From: Camelus ferus
Taxonomy: Eukaryota
NCBI RefSeq assembly: GCF_009834535.1
Contig: NC_045696.1
Span: 87,732,001 to 87,796,000 of the forward strand
Reading direction: 5' to 3'
Length of the DNA: 64,000 bases
This document shows, piece by piece, positions 13,820 to 27,040 of this stretch. The notes beneath the pieces were generated by a model. It saw only the letters and a program-made list of their open reading frames with translations. It did no database searches and was not told the DNA's origin. The stretch's first letter is position 1, and every line of letters begins with the position of its first letter. The translations under genes and the position numbers were made by a program.

Positions 13820-14350
13820 TAAAACACTTTATTTTTGACAAGATAATTCTGCCACCTTGCTAACTAATCATCTCAGAGCCTACGCAATTATTTACATTAT
13901 ACCATTAATGGCCCGTTTCTTTTTTAAAGCTTAGGCAATCATTGTGACAGTAATAAGTCAGGATTTTATGATTATTTGAGCTGCCGGTTTCCTTTGTTCT
14001 TCCTTAAAAGAGATGTCACTCAAATCCACGTCTGATTGGTACTTCCCAAAGAACAAGGAAGAAAATTTGCATTTGTCATAAAGTCATTTATAATGATGTT
14101 AGAAAAGATTGAAACGTTTAGAAATTTCTTTAGAGGTGCCCGCTATGCAAATATGCTGAATGAGATGTTTTCTTTAAAAAAAAACAAACAAACTTCTTTA
14201 AAATTGTATCTGTTTGAGAATAATTTTAAGTCCCCAATTAACTGCAGGTGAAATGAGGAGTCATGTGATAACAGAAAATAATTTTAAAGGGATTGCTGCA
14301 TATCAATCATTTTTGTGCCAAAACATTAACTTTCCAAGTATTTCGAATGA
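13820..14350. promoter_or_regulatory. Candidate developmental enhancer / conserved non-coding element
   Basis: Repeat-free and CpG-retaining. Contains CCATTAATGG (13902), CATTGTGACAG (13940), TTTTATGA (13964), ATTTGCAT (14065), GTCATAAA (14075), ATGCAAAT (14145) and ATCAATCA (14302). Confidence 0.5.
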
Positions 14351-16639
14351 GATTACCCACCCAGTTAAAATTGTAACATTAAAGAAATAAAGATTAAATC
14401 AATATATAACAATCTTTGGGAAAGGGATGAAAAAGTATAGGAGGAGAGAATAATGAAGTGTGATTTATTCAAGATCACACAAGTACAAAGAAACTTAAGC
14501 AATAACGAGCCATTTTCATTATTGACCAGATTTATCTCTTTTGTCCTACATATGTGAGTGTGTGCATGTGTGTGAAATCCCTATGGAAAATATATGCATG
14601 TATCTATACATATAATTCTTGCGAGCACACATTTCTCGTGGTAACTTTAACAAACAGATTTGATATGTTTAATATAATCTTAAATTCTAGCTGTGTAAGT
14701 TGTTCTACGAATCATTAGTACTTGCTTCTATGTGAAAGACATTTCTGTCAGTTCTTTTTTGTAATGAGAGGGTACTAGACACGTTCTACTCAAGGTCAGA
14801 GGAGAAATGTAGTCTCTGTGTGACTCAAACACGGAGCCTCTGAAGCTACAACATTACTCCCAATTCTTCACCAAGTCAAACATCAACTACTCTTTCAAAG
14901 AAAACTATTTACATTGGTAGAGAAAGACCTTCCTTTCAAAATTCTTGTGACTCTGGAAACTTTCCCAGGCTCATGGATGGTGATGTAGATGATAATATAA
15001 AAACTGGACTTTGAGTGTTTTAAATACATCAGAAATTTTCAAAAATTTATCCAAACCAGGTACTCTTTATATGAGTCACATTGCGTAATTGAGTCACTAA
15101 CTTACTATCTGAGGCCTGAGATTTGCAAAATGATGGTGTGATGCTGGGTTCCATGATGTCTTTGAACTCTAAAACCCTCTGAAGGCACAAAAGACCCTGC
15201 AGGAATAAAAGTGGGTTCTTGTCAATACACACTGTACTGTTTATATGTGACTTGGAGAAAATCATCAAAAAGGATGAAATGAGTTGTATTAGGTCAAAGG
15301 TATGATGTAAGTTGTTGGTATTATGCAAAGGTGAAGAGGACTTCTGAAGACTAAGAATACAGGGAAGAGGAAGAGAAAGTGAACGGAGCATTGAGTGACA
15401 AAAGGGAGGCCACTTGATCCTAGCCAGCTGGAGAGCACCGCGATCAATGGAAAAGGCAGAATATAAAGAATGAATAAATGAATGAATGAATATGGTTGGT
15501 AGAACCAGAATCCAAAGAAGACAAAAACCAGGATGTCAAGGAAGGGTAATTTTGAGTAAAACTAAATGAACAGACAAAACTTTAGAACTAGAACAACAAA
15601 AAGATCTTAACGACTCCTGTAATCATAAACAAAATTTAAAGCAATGACTTAGTCTGGGATTAGAATATAATCAAGTGTGAAATAAGAACCTTGGTAAAAT
15701 AAATTAACACGAATGGTAACAACTATTATTTATTAAGCACTTAGTGTATTCTAGCACTAAGACTCTGCTTATAATTTTCTGAAACTAGCAACTTGAGCAC
15801 AGGAAGGCTCTAAGCCACTGCTAAGCTGATTAAAATGACCGAAGGTTTATAAAATGTGGGAGCAATCTGAATCCCTGCAAGGAACTAAACAAACCTAGCA
15901 AGAAACTATTCTGTAATATCTTTTGAGGACAAGAAGGTGAAATCTTGAGCTCTATTTCACCTTCAATATGCAATCTTCTGCCAAATTAGCAAATTAATTC
16001 ACCAGTGGTATTTCCCACAAAATCAAATCAATTTCTTCTCAGATCAACTTTACCAGCAAATAAAAACAAAAATAAAACAGCTTAAGATCTGAGAAGAAGA
16101 TCCTAAGATACAAGGGTAATCATCCTACCCAATTTGGATGTAAATAAAAGTCCTGAATAAGATATTCTTTTGCAAAGTTTAATTTAAAAAAACAAACAAA
16201 AAACAGCAACAGAAAGTAACATGAACTATTTTTGAAATTCTAAAGCAGACAGGAAAAAATGCAGCACTAAAAAGATAAAGAAAGAATATGCTGTATTTAA
16301 CACAAATAAACAACTAAATATTTCTTTTAGGAAATAAGTTATAGAGGGCCTCAGGTTTTGCCCTTAATAATACATAAATACCATGAAACAAAAAATTAAT
16401 GATAAGGTGAAAATATAGCACACGGAGGTCAAAAGAGGTATACCTAAAAACAGACAGCTATAAAGAGGTAAATATAACATATTAGGAGAAAATATGAAAC
16501 AAAATATAAATATGAAATCATTTATGCAAGGATAAAATGTCCATGCACATTCAAGAGTAGCTCCTTTGGGAAAAAAATGAAATAAACTTGTATGAATATA
16601 AACATATACATAGTTATACACATATATACATATGATTAT

Positions 16640-17340
16640 TTTCATGGATGTTGAAAAGACATTTGATAACTTCAACCACCATTCTTTATTTTAAAACAAT
16701 CTATAAAGTAGGAATACAAAAAAATCTATAAACATCCAAACTCAGTATCATTTTCCTGGAAAAATTAATACCATTATTCTCACTAAAATTAGAAAAATGT
16801 CAAGAAAGGCCACACTCACCAGCATTATTTAACATCTTATTAGAGGTATTAGCCATTGTACATAGAGAAAGAAATATGATGTAAGAAAACTAAAGAGGTG
16901 ATAAAGATGTCACTATTTATTGATTAAATACCTGAAAACCCTTGAAAATCAATTGTAAAAACTACTGACAGCAAGATAATGCAGTGAGATAATGGAATAC
17001 AAGATTGATATGAAGAAATCAATAGCTTTTATATTTAGAAGAAGGAAGAAAGAATATATACCACTTTCAATAGCAAGAACTACAAATAATAATAATAAAA
17101 TACCTTGGATGAACTCATCAAGAAATCTATAGAACTTTATTAGACATTTTTAAAGCATTATGAGAACACACAGAACTGAATAAATGTCCTTTCAGTAGGT
17201 TCAGTTCTTCCTAAGTTGATCTGTAAATGAAATGCTATCCTAAGAAAATACCAACTGAATTTTTAAAACTAGAAGAGCAATAACTTCTTAGAGAAAATTA
17301 GGCAGAAAAACTCTTTGAAAACTCAGAAGGAGGGGGAAGA
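16640..17340 (+). mobile_element. Decayed old L1 ORF2 (RT region) fragment
   Basis: GAAAAGACATTTGATAA, TTATTTAACATCTTATTAGAGGTATTAGCCA and AAATCAATAGCTTT correspond to L1 ORF2. Confidence 0.75.
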
Positions 17341-18079
17341 GGAAAGTCACTAACATCCCCAGAGTTTAATAGGGTAAAGTAAAAACCCGCCAAGCACAGA
17401 TATATATTGCCTTAAGCACCAAGAGTTACAAAACCACAGCTCAGTAAAGAATAAGGAATTCCTTTTAGTGCCATAAACCCTCTTCCTCAAGCCAACCCCA
17501 AAGCAGTCTGACAAGACTGCCAAGAGCGTGAGGTCTCTTTCAGTTTTGTTCTTATTCTCAATTTTTTAAATAAAAAAATCACCTTATTTTACAATCACAT
17601 GGCTAACATAAGGCAAAGACTATATTTAATCTTCTTCTCTTCAGTAATATCTGTTCTGTGAAGTATGGCGAACAATTATGACACAGGCCTCTAATTCCAA
17701 GAGCTCAAGTTCTAATAGAAGCAATACAAATATTTAGAAAACAATATGAGACAATATAGAAGAGATGAGTTGTACGGTAAGGTTATAAGGTAACCCCACT
17801 GGAAACAACTAATGACTTTTTTTTAATATGACCAATGCCATTCAAATCATTACTTCCAACAATAATCAGCTTTTCAAAATTAGAACTCAAACCCTGGGCT
17901 ACTTGTATCTCGTCTCTCTTGGAGACAACAGATCTCTGGTTCTAGCACATTTTCACTACTCATTTTACTGTTACTGTGTATAATACACATTATCTCTGAC
18001 AGTATTTAAGATGGTTGTCATAGCACGAAGAGGTCCTTGGAAATTTCTTATGGTCTTAGCCTTGAGTCATCAGGTCAAC

Positions 18080-18830
18080 AAAACCACAAGGAGACAATGC
18101 GATACCTACCATTTCATACCCATTAGGATGGCTCTTATCAGGTAAGTAGTAAATAAATAAACACATGTTGGCAAGAATGTAGGGGAATTGGAATCTTTGT
18201 GCATTTCTGGTGGGATTATAAAATTCTCAGTCACTGTGGAAGATACAGTGGTGATTCTTCAAAAATTTAAACAGAATTTCCTTTTAATCCAGCAATTCTA
18301 CTTCTGGGTATATTTTCAAAAGAAATTAAAGCAGATACTTTAGCAAACACCTGCATACCAATGTTTACAGCAGCATTATTCACAAGAGTCAAAACACGGA
18401 AGCAACTGGAGTGTCCATGGATAGATGAATGGATAACAAAATGTGGTATATGCATGCAATGGGATATTAACTTTAGAAAGTAAGGAAGTTGTGACTCATG
18501 CTGCAACATGAATGAACCTTGAGGACATTAGGCCAAGTGAAATAAGCTAGTCACCAAAAGACAAATACTGTAGGATTCTACTTACATGAAATACCTAGAG
18601 TAGTCAAAACATAAAGACAGAAAATAGAATGATTGTTTCTCGGGCTGGAGAAAAGGGAGAATGGGCAGTTGTTTAATGAGTATAGAGCTTCAGTTTTGCA
18701 AGATGAGAAGAGCTCTGGAGAGTCGTTGTATGAACAATGTGAATGTACTTATATCACAGAACTGTACACTTAAAAATAGTCAAAATTGTCAATTTTATAT
18801 ATGTATGCTTCATCACAATAAAAAATAAAG
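18080..18830 (+). mobile_element. L1 (L1MB-type) 3' end
   Basis: CCAGCAATTCTACTTCTGGGTATA, GAATGGATAACAAAATGTGG and a 3'UTR GAACTGTACACTTAAAA, followed by an A-rich tail. Confidence 0.9.
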
Positions 18831-19309
18831 CCAAAAAGCTAACAGCTTTACTAACAATATCAAGTGACAGCTTTTCTAAATGGTCCATGGAGAAATAAGG
18901 CAACTTACCTGGCCCCTATTGTATAGTCATCTGGGTAGGTTCTGTTGCTTCTCTCTCTCACACATCTGCATCCTAAATCACTATGCGCTAGCTCCATCAC
19001 TGCACAACAGATCACTTTGAATGGGGGATAGAAAGAGTCCCTGTGGTTTTGTTGACCTGATGACTGTTGTCTTCAGCCCAGAGAGGGGATGTTCTCTTAT
19101 CTCACCCTTTTTATCCCTGTTTACCAAAGGCTTGATAACTCTCATTAATTCTATCCTTGGTGAATGGATGACCCTAGAAATGACTGTCCCTTGGTCCTCC
19201 AGGATAACTAAAGTTACATCACATCTTTACTGTGGATTAGAGTCCTAAGATCTCAACACTTGTCTGGAGCTTGACTGGATTTTTCATGCACCTATTTAAT
19301 ATCTGTGAT

Positions 19310-19522
19310 TTTTTTTTTATTGAGGTATAGTTGATTTACAATATTACATTATTTTCAGGTGTAACATCGTGATTCAAATTTTTTATAGATTATATTCCAC
19401 TTATAGTTCATTATAAAATATTGACTACATTCCCTGTGCTCTACAATCCTTGTAGATTATTTTATACGTAGTAGTTTGTACCTCTTAAACTCCTCTTCCT
19501 ATCTTGTCGCTCCCCTCCTAAT
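19310..19522 (-). mobile_element. 5'-truncated L1 3'UTR, laurasiatherian/cetartiodactyl type
   Basis: T-run plus ATTGAGGTATAGTTGATTTACAAT; flanked by the direct repeat TGTGATTTT (19304, 19523), a likely TSD. Confidence 0.85.
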
Positions 19523-20724
19523 TGTGATTTTCACTTCTCATGAAACCATGGTCCTTGATGAATTCATAGTGACTCCATCTCCCTTCACCACTGGTTTCTT
19601 TATGGTCTGACGAGGACAATGCGTTTTAACAGCCTCCCAGGAGTCTGAAATCAAGGACATCTAAAATCTACAGGTGGGAACCCAAGAAAGGGATATTATT
19701 GTCTGGCAAAGACAAAAAGGAGAGAAGAGTTTATATTAGGTTTTAATATGAAATAACATTGGATATGTGAGATCTGATGAGATTCCTTTTTGTATTATAG
19801 CAACCAATGCATTTTTTACCCAGAGGCTCAATTCATCCATAAGTTTCTACTGCAGAAGATACTAAATTAAGGAAAATAACCCTCGAACCTCCTACATCAT
19901 AAAGCCAAATCTGTCATTTACTCTCAACAGTCAGCTTTAATCTAAGCATTTTTTTTCAAGTTTACTCAAATGAAATTGCCAGAAGTTGAGAACAGAAAGG
20001 TTAATACCCGAGCCTTGAGGTTAAGTCTATCTTCACAGTTTCCTAAGGATGACCACCTAGAGACAAGTGAGAGCAGAGAGCCCGCAGGTTAGGGACGGCC
20101 GACTGTCCGACAGCAGGTAGCCCTCCCTGCCCTTTCGTGTGGGGAAGGGATGCTGGGAGTCAGCAGGGAGGGGAAGAGAAAAAAGCAGGCAGGTCTGAAA
20201 TGAAGACCACATGGAAACAATTAACCAGATGGGCAGCTGTGTCACCGCCAGAAACCAGAAAGTGCACAGGAAACTGAAACAAAATAATTACTTTAAAAAT
20301 CCACTAAGGTTAAATTGAGACTTCAGTTATCAAAAAAAATCCAGAAAGTAAGGAAAAATTCCAGCACAGACTGAGAAAAGTGAGGGGACTGGATCTACCT
20401 GGAAAGGCCCCTTTGATGCAACTCCCTAAGTTTCTCTCCTAGCTTAAAATAAACTGTCTTCTGCGCCTCAGATGTCATTAGAGTCCTGATCAGATGACAT
20501 TCCTGGAGCAGTAACAGTTCCAAACAATAATTCTCATTTGCCACAGCAACCTGAAAACATAGTCTAATACCCCTTTTCTTCTCTCATTTTCTAATGCTGA
20601 CAAAAATAAAACAAAAAACAGACTCTGGGAGGCATTTTTTTCCTGATGGGTAATAAATGATAGAAATTTCTCATATGATTGTGCTTTTGAAAAACTAAAC
20701 ATAACAAGAAATTAATATTGTGTT

Positions 20725-20962
20725 CAACATTATGACTCTGAAATCACATTGCCTGGGTCCAAATCCTAGCTCTATTCCTCACTAGGAGCTGTGTGACTTT
20801 TACCACTGACTCTTCTTCTCTGGTCTTCAGTTTCCCTGTTTATAAAATAGTGATAATAATAGTGTCTACATTATAAGATTATTATGAGGGTAAATTGAGC
20901 AAATATATGTGAAACAATTAAAATATTAACAGGTAGATAAAAAGGACTAAGTATTTGCTATT
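20725..20962 (+). mobile_element. MIR SINE
   Basis: CCTGGGTCCAAATCCTAGCTCT...GCTGTGTGAC...TCAGTTTCCCTGTTTATAAAAT core. Confidence 0.85.
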
Positions 20963-20998
20963 AGAAAAATTTTTGAAAAGAAAGACAATTGAAAGAAT

Positions 20999-21165
20999 GA
21001 AAAAAGAAGGAAGGAAGGAAGAAGGAAGAAAAGAAAGAAAGAAAAGAAAGAAAGGAAGAAAGAAAGGAAAGGAAGAAAGGAAGAAAGGAAGAAAGGAAGA
21101 AAGGAAGAAAGGAAGAAAGGAAGGAAGGAAGGAAGGAAGGAAGGAAGGAAGGAAGAAGAAAGAAA

Positions 21166-21238
<73 letters not shown>
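20999..21238. repeat. Compound (GGAA)n/(GGAAGAAA)n/(GAAA)n microsatellite, 240-nt pure purine tract
   Basis: Read directly; only A and G on the + strand. Confidence 0.98.
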
Positions 21239-24200
21239 CTGTGTTGGGTGTTCCAGTAATTAATTTACATAACACTGAGTACACATTAAACAAAATGAAT
21301 AATATATAATTAAAAGAGGAGGATGAAAGAATAGGTAGTTACATAAGTGAATTAAACCTTCATTGTAACAGAAAACAGTTATTAACTAAATTTGGTAAAT
21401 ATCAAATATGTGGAGGTAATACTAAAAGAAAAAGCTAAAATAATCAAAAGTCTGGAGAGTGAGACTTAGTGGCAAGAACTTTACATACATGTGCACACAT
21501 ACATATACACGAATTTTAACTGTATTTGAGAAACACAAGTGTTTAAACATGTGGAATAACACTAAAATTTGGTTTGCTATATCACAGTAGATAATTTGTA
21601 TAAATTTTAAAAGCCTAGAAACAGAGACATCTGGTTTAAAGCATCATAAGACATTATACCCTAAATTGTTTTTAAAAGCAGCTAACTGGAAAACATAATC
21701 TAAATGTTAAACACTTTGGCTTGGGTACCAAAATCACATCATGGTCAATTTCCATTGGCATGTAGACTAGTTACCATTGCTTCCGAGCTGCTTCTGAGAA
21801 TTCATGCCACAATGAACATCGGTGACAAGGTTGAAATTTTTCTCTATTTCTTGTAAGAAACATCATGTGGAAAATATTCTTTTCTCCTAAGCACGAGAGA
21901 GAAAAGCTGACTTCATAGCCACATTATTCTTCAACAGTTGCCAGTCCTTCATATCTTTTGCCATTATCTTTAAATAAAAACTTCATTTTCAGACAATTCA
22001 GTCATTTACAATGCCCTGCTTAAAAGTGAGAGAGAACTAACAAGAGACGAAATTTGAACACTTTCTGAACAGCCATTTCCTCATTTGTGAGATGGAAGGG
22101 GGTTGATTTGATTCCCAAGGACCCTTCTATAATTCAATTCTATGATTTCTCAATTTCTGCCCAATAGGAATATCTTTCCTTTCAGTGACATCACACCCTT
22201 CTCCATCAGGCATTACAGATGATAACAGAGCCAATGTACCCAGACATAAAATTACCTATTAACTTTGTTCCCTTTTGCTTTGATAAGAATGTCAAGTTTT
22301 ATACTTTAAAGTGAACAGTTTTTGCATCCTTCCAAATAATCTAAAGTACTCCAAGACACAGCCAAAGCATTATTAGAAACCAAACTGCCTCTTAGTAGAA
22401 CTTTTAGTTCCACTTTTAAGACAGGAAAGGTTCCCAGTTGTGGCAGAAAAAGATAAAGTAAAAAGGAAGAAGACAAGTGAAAAATTAAATTAATTTAAAT
22501 ATTACAAAGTTGAAAATAATAACAGTTCTTATTCTATTATTAGAAGTCTCTATTACTCATCATTTTTATTAACTGCAAGGCTATATCAATTTTGATTCAT
22601 TTAAATTATCCAGCTGCATTCAGGAAATACTCTTCTGAGACAACTCCTATATTTCTGTATGTTCCATAGTTCATTATGTTGCTATATACATAATCTTAAA
22701 TACTCAATGATTGCCTTGCTAGAATTTGGGAAATTTGACTTCTTAACACTTTGGAACTGATTTTATTACTATTTTTCAAGCAACATGAAGCAAGACTTAG
22801 TTAATAGAATACTAGCATTTGCGTGAACATAAAGTCACTCAACCAACAAAAGAAATAAAAAATCAAATTTTCCAACAAATCACAGATCAGTGGGTCTGAG
22901 TCCCCTATTAATTTTATGATACATATTTAAAGTCATAACTTAATTTAAAATTAAAAGGAGATTTTATTCATGTAATTCTCTCTAAGCAAATAAATTAATT
23001 TCCCTTTCTCTAATTACCTTTCAACTGCTTCCAGTAATAGTCTTCCCTATAATAATTGGTCACAAAACATTCAATGTTCTTACAAAGGATACATGCAATC
23101 AAAACTAATGACCCTAAAATAATTTTCTAAGTTTAGAAGACCCAACTGCCTAGTGATTTCTCACGTGCACACACATCTGCAACTTATCCATTTTTGCATG
23201 TTTTATTGGTTTTTATGTTTCTACGCAAGTGTTCTTAGTAGAAAACAAAATGGAAGTGATTTTGGTTTCAAGTCAAATGTGCTAAAATTTGAAACCTGGC
23301 TCAATATCGTATAACCTAAAATATTATTATAAGGAAAAAAAGAAATAGGAACACCAATTGATTTAAATGTTTGGTTTCCCATCTCCTGCTTTTCTGAGAA
23401 CAACACCTCTCTAATATGGAAGCAGGAGGAGATGTCCTGTTTGTACAAAGTGACCCTGGGGCACAGTTTATTGGTGCAGGAAGAGTGGGAAAGGCAAACT
23501 GGACCAATTAGAGCCCTTTCCTGGAAAGCAGAATTAGGACTGTGATATCAGCTATCTATTATTCCATTCCTCAACCTTCTATTTATATAAGCAGCCTCTT
23601 TGCTTATCAACCCACACAGGTAACTCCTATTTTCTTTTTGTTCTCTAAAAAAATGCAATTACAAAAATGCATTAAGAAAGGGTTATACATTTTGCTGAAC
23701 ACTTGTTATAAGGAACATTTATTCCACATGACACACAGCTGACAAATTAAAAACTCCTCAAGAAGCGTTTCTGATCACCAAAGCCCTTCCTGTCATCATA
23801 TGGCTTTGTTTTTCTCTGGCCCTCTTTTCCTCTGGGCTCTGTCTCCTAACTCATCTGTTAAATCCCTCTCTCTTCTAACATGTAAACAATTCATTTTTGC
23901 TCTAGTTTGTACTTCCAATTTACAGATCCAAATTCAATTCCAGATGTGTTAAAACAAAGGTATAATCACTTGCCTGGATAAACTCCCGAAAGAAAATCAG
24001 AGCACCACTGTTTATTACATGGGCATAGCCTCTAGGGTCCTCCTTCCCCTGCTTTAGCAGCGCATGCAATGCATTTTGCAAGTGGAAATTTTAAAGGATG
24101 AAACATCCCTGCATTTAGATGACTTGGTATAGATAAAAGGATACAGGGCTACAGGGCATGACTTAATGGTACCAGATGAAGGAGTTAAGGACACAGTGGG

Positions 24201-24714
24201 GTTAGAGTGGGGGTTGGGAGAGGCAGTAATGGGGAGCTGGGCCAGAGGAAGGAAAGGGGATCCAAGAACTGGCAACCTTTCCCTTTTGTCATGACGCCAG
24301 GCTGCTTCGATTAAGAAATTTGGAAAAGGAATCTCACACGGTAGCTGGTTAGTAAAGCTAAGTCTCAGGCTGATCTCGGTGCTCTATCCATAGACACATG
24401 TATCCGAACTGGCCCTGTGTAAAGTTGCCTCTACCTCTGTTTCCCATCCAAGTTTCTCTTTTCTTGTTTCCTCAGCACTGTTTCTCCACTGTTCTGAAAA
24501 TAAGAATAAAGATCCTATTTTTTCCCCAAGAGTTATATACTAATTAGAAAATAAAAGAAAAAGGAGACGTAAGAATAGCAAACCGGAAGAAGTGAGCCTT
24601 TGCAAAACTGAAAATCTAACAATTAGTCCTCATTTCATTTGTGTTTCTGAATTCATTTCTTAGGTGCTGCTGCCTCTACCTTGCTTGACTCTAAGGAGTG
24701 CCAGTAGATTACTC

Positions 24715-24862
24715 ATCATTGCTTCTGTATTTTCATTGGAAATGTCAACACAGTGGACTTTATTATTATTATTATTGATCTATTATTATGAAAATAGTTT
24801 GACCCCCTAAAGGGTCTCAGGAACTGCTCAAGGTCCATGGACTGCACTTGGATAAATGCGAA
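24715..24862. mobile_element. hAT-Charlie MITE end (MER119-like)
   Basis: ATTATGAAAATAGTTTGACCCC...AAAGGGTCTCAGG...GGTCCATGGACTGCACTT resembles a recalled Charlie-type terminus. Confidence 0.55.
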
Positions 24863-25834
24863 TCTAGAGTTATTCTTATCCTCCAAGTCTAAATATAAGC
24901 GTGTGGGACATAAGCCTGATAGTTTTAAACATAATAATCTGTAATATACACAATCAAGATTATGTAACACTTAATTTTCTTTTGAGAAAATAAAGGTTCT
25001 AAAATGATTGCAATTTGCCTGGAAAAAGGTCATTTTGATTGTCTAAAATTTTCATATTATAAAGTGGTATACAGTTCTATAAATGGTATGGTAAATAATG
25101 AAAATAATCAGTTTATATCATATTTAAATATCTTAGGTAAGGAAAAATTACTTATAATAACTTCCAAGGATACCACAAATAATTTTTTTACATTTAAAAG
25201 AAAACAAAGCATTTTGTGACATTTCAGGTGTGGTACCCACTCATTCAACAGCAGCCTATATGGTAAATAGCTATTTGGGAAGCTCTATTCATTCTTGCAA
25301 CTAAAAGTAATTGTTTTAATGATGCAGCCCTATGTAGATATTACCGACACAGTGGGTGGCTTTTACTTTAATGTACTTTTAAGTGTATCGTAATTTATAT
25401 GTATTGTAATTTATTTATATCAGTTTATATGTTTCTTCCAGATAATAGCATAGAAATAAAATTGAGCTATTCAAGATCATTTTCAGCATCCATTTAAACA
25501 TTTTTGGATGTGCTGCTGAATATTTAAGTGAGATATCTTCAAAAGGCCCATAATTATTAATAAACCAATACTATTTTCCCAACAGTGAAATTTTTCCTTA
25601 AGGATACACAAAGACACATTTTTCTACTTCTTGACTCTTTCTCATTTCATTGAATGAATGAATGAATATTTAATGTACCAGAATATAATAAGTTGAATAA
25701 AACTGTCTCTACAACTAAAAGTATAAAACTTTGACAAGCAAGTTTTACCTGACTCTAGAAAACTCAATTCCCATGAAATGCAAAAATCAAAATAGTATAC
25801 TTACTTTATTTTTAAGATAACATGAGTCACACAA

Positions 25835-26030
25835 TACTATACATAAAATAGATAAACAAGGACCTACTGTATAGCACAGGGAACTATATTCAATTATTGT
25901 AATTACACATAATGGAAAAGAATCTGAAAAGAAAAATATATATGTATGTATATGTATAACTGAGTCACTTTTCTGTACACTTGGAACTAACACTGTAAAT
26001 CAACTACCCTTCAATAATTTCTTTAAAAAC
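25835..26030 (+). mobile_element. 5'-truncated cetartiodactyl-type L1 3'UTR
   Basis: ATAGATAAACAAGGACCTACTGTATAGCACAGGGAACTATATTCAA...GTATAACTGAGTCACT...TGTAAATCAACTA. Confidence 0.9.
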
Positions 26031-26428
26031 AATAGTTAATATGGCTTCTATTAGTTTGTGGAATTAATAATGGCTACTCTAACTCAGAGTTCTTCAGTTC
26101 TGCAATCTCCTCAATAAAGTCTGATACTTAGGAACACTGGACTTAGAGCCATAAAGCTTTCTCAGGACCTGGCTATTCTGCTTTCTAAAGATATGATGCT
26201 GAACAGCCACTTAATCTCCCTGAATCTTAATGTACTCATTTATAAAATGTAAGAAATCTCATAGGCTAAAGTTAATTTCATGTTAGATTTTGTATGTTAT
26301 TAAAAAATTAAAGGAAATATAAATCTATGCATATAATTAAAATAGTTACAATCATAATAGTCTTTTAATTTTAATATAGTATTGAACCATAAACTAGCTT
26401 CTGTTTTGAAATTAATACATCCTTTGCA

Positions 26429-26583
26429 CCAAATCTAGTCTGCCTCTTGCTCTCAGAAATAAAGTTTTATCAGAACATAGGCACACCCATGTGTATACAG
26501 ATTGTCTATGACTGCTTTCATGCTACAATGGCAGCACTGAGTAGTTGCAACAAAGCATACAGCCCACAAAGCCTAAAATATTA
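26429..26583 (+). mobile_element. MER58A-like hAT-Charlie MITE (partial)
   Basis: AATAAAGTTTTAT...TTGTCTATGACTGCTTTCATGCTACAATGGCAG...AGTAGTTGCAAC...CCCACAAAGCCTAAAATATT. Confidence 0.85.
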
Positions 26584-26884
26584 AGAGCAAGATTAACTTA
26601 CCAAGTCAAAATATTCTTCTGAAAAAAAAAGTTTAAGTTATGTCTTTCACAAATACTTCTACATTAATACCATAGTAACCAGGTCAAGTGGAACCATAGA
26701 GAAAATCCAAGAAATTAGAACCTTTAAGCAATTGGCAGATAATATATTAGCATAGTGTTTCTCAAAATTTGTCCATCCTACCCATATCAAAATCAACTAG
26801 AATACTTGTGAAAACCTATCTTAATGTTGTGTTTGAGGACATTTTTTAAGCAGAAGTCAAAGAGAGCCTACAACATCTAGAATC

Positions 26885-27040
26885 TTGATACTCAAAATAT
26901 GGCCCATGGACCAAGCAGTGTTAATATCACCTATTACTTGTGACAAATGCAGATCTCAAGTTCCACACCAAACCCACCGAATCAGAACTTGTATTTTAAA
27001 AAGACCTTCTGTATGCACACTGAACTGTGAAAAACAATGA
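26885..27040. mobile_element. MER5A-family hAT-Charlie MITE
   Basis: CTCAAAATATGGCCCATGGACC...AAATGCAGATCTCAAG...GAATCAGAAC. Confidence 0.75.

Noticed and set aside
18903..19040. Possible minus-strand exon ending at CAG|GTAAGT (18903-18911)
   Set aside because: Consensus donors occur by chance in 64 kb; there is no convincing acceptor or recognisable peptide.
20955..21293. Lys/Glu/Arg-rich and Phe/Leu/Ser-rich ORFs of 102 and 110 aa
   Set aside because: They are translations of the purine microsatellite on each strand.
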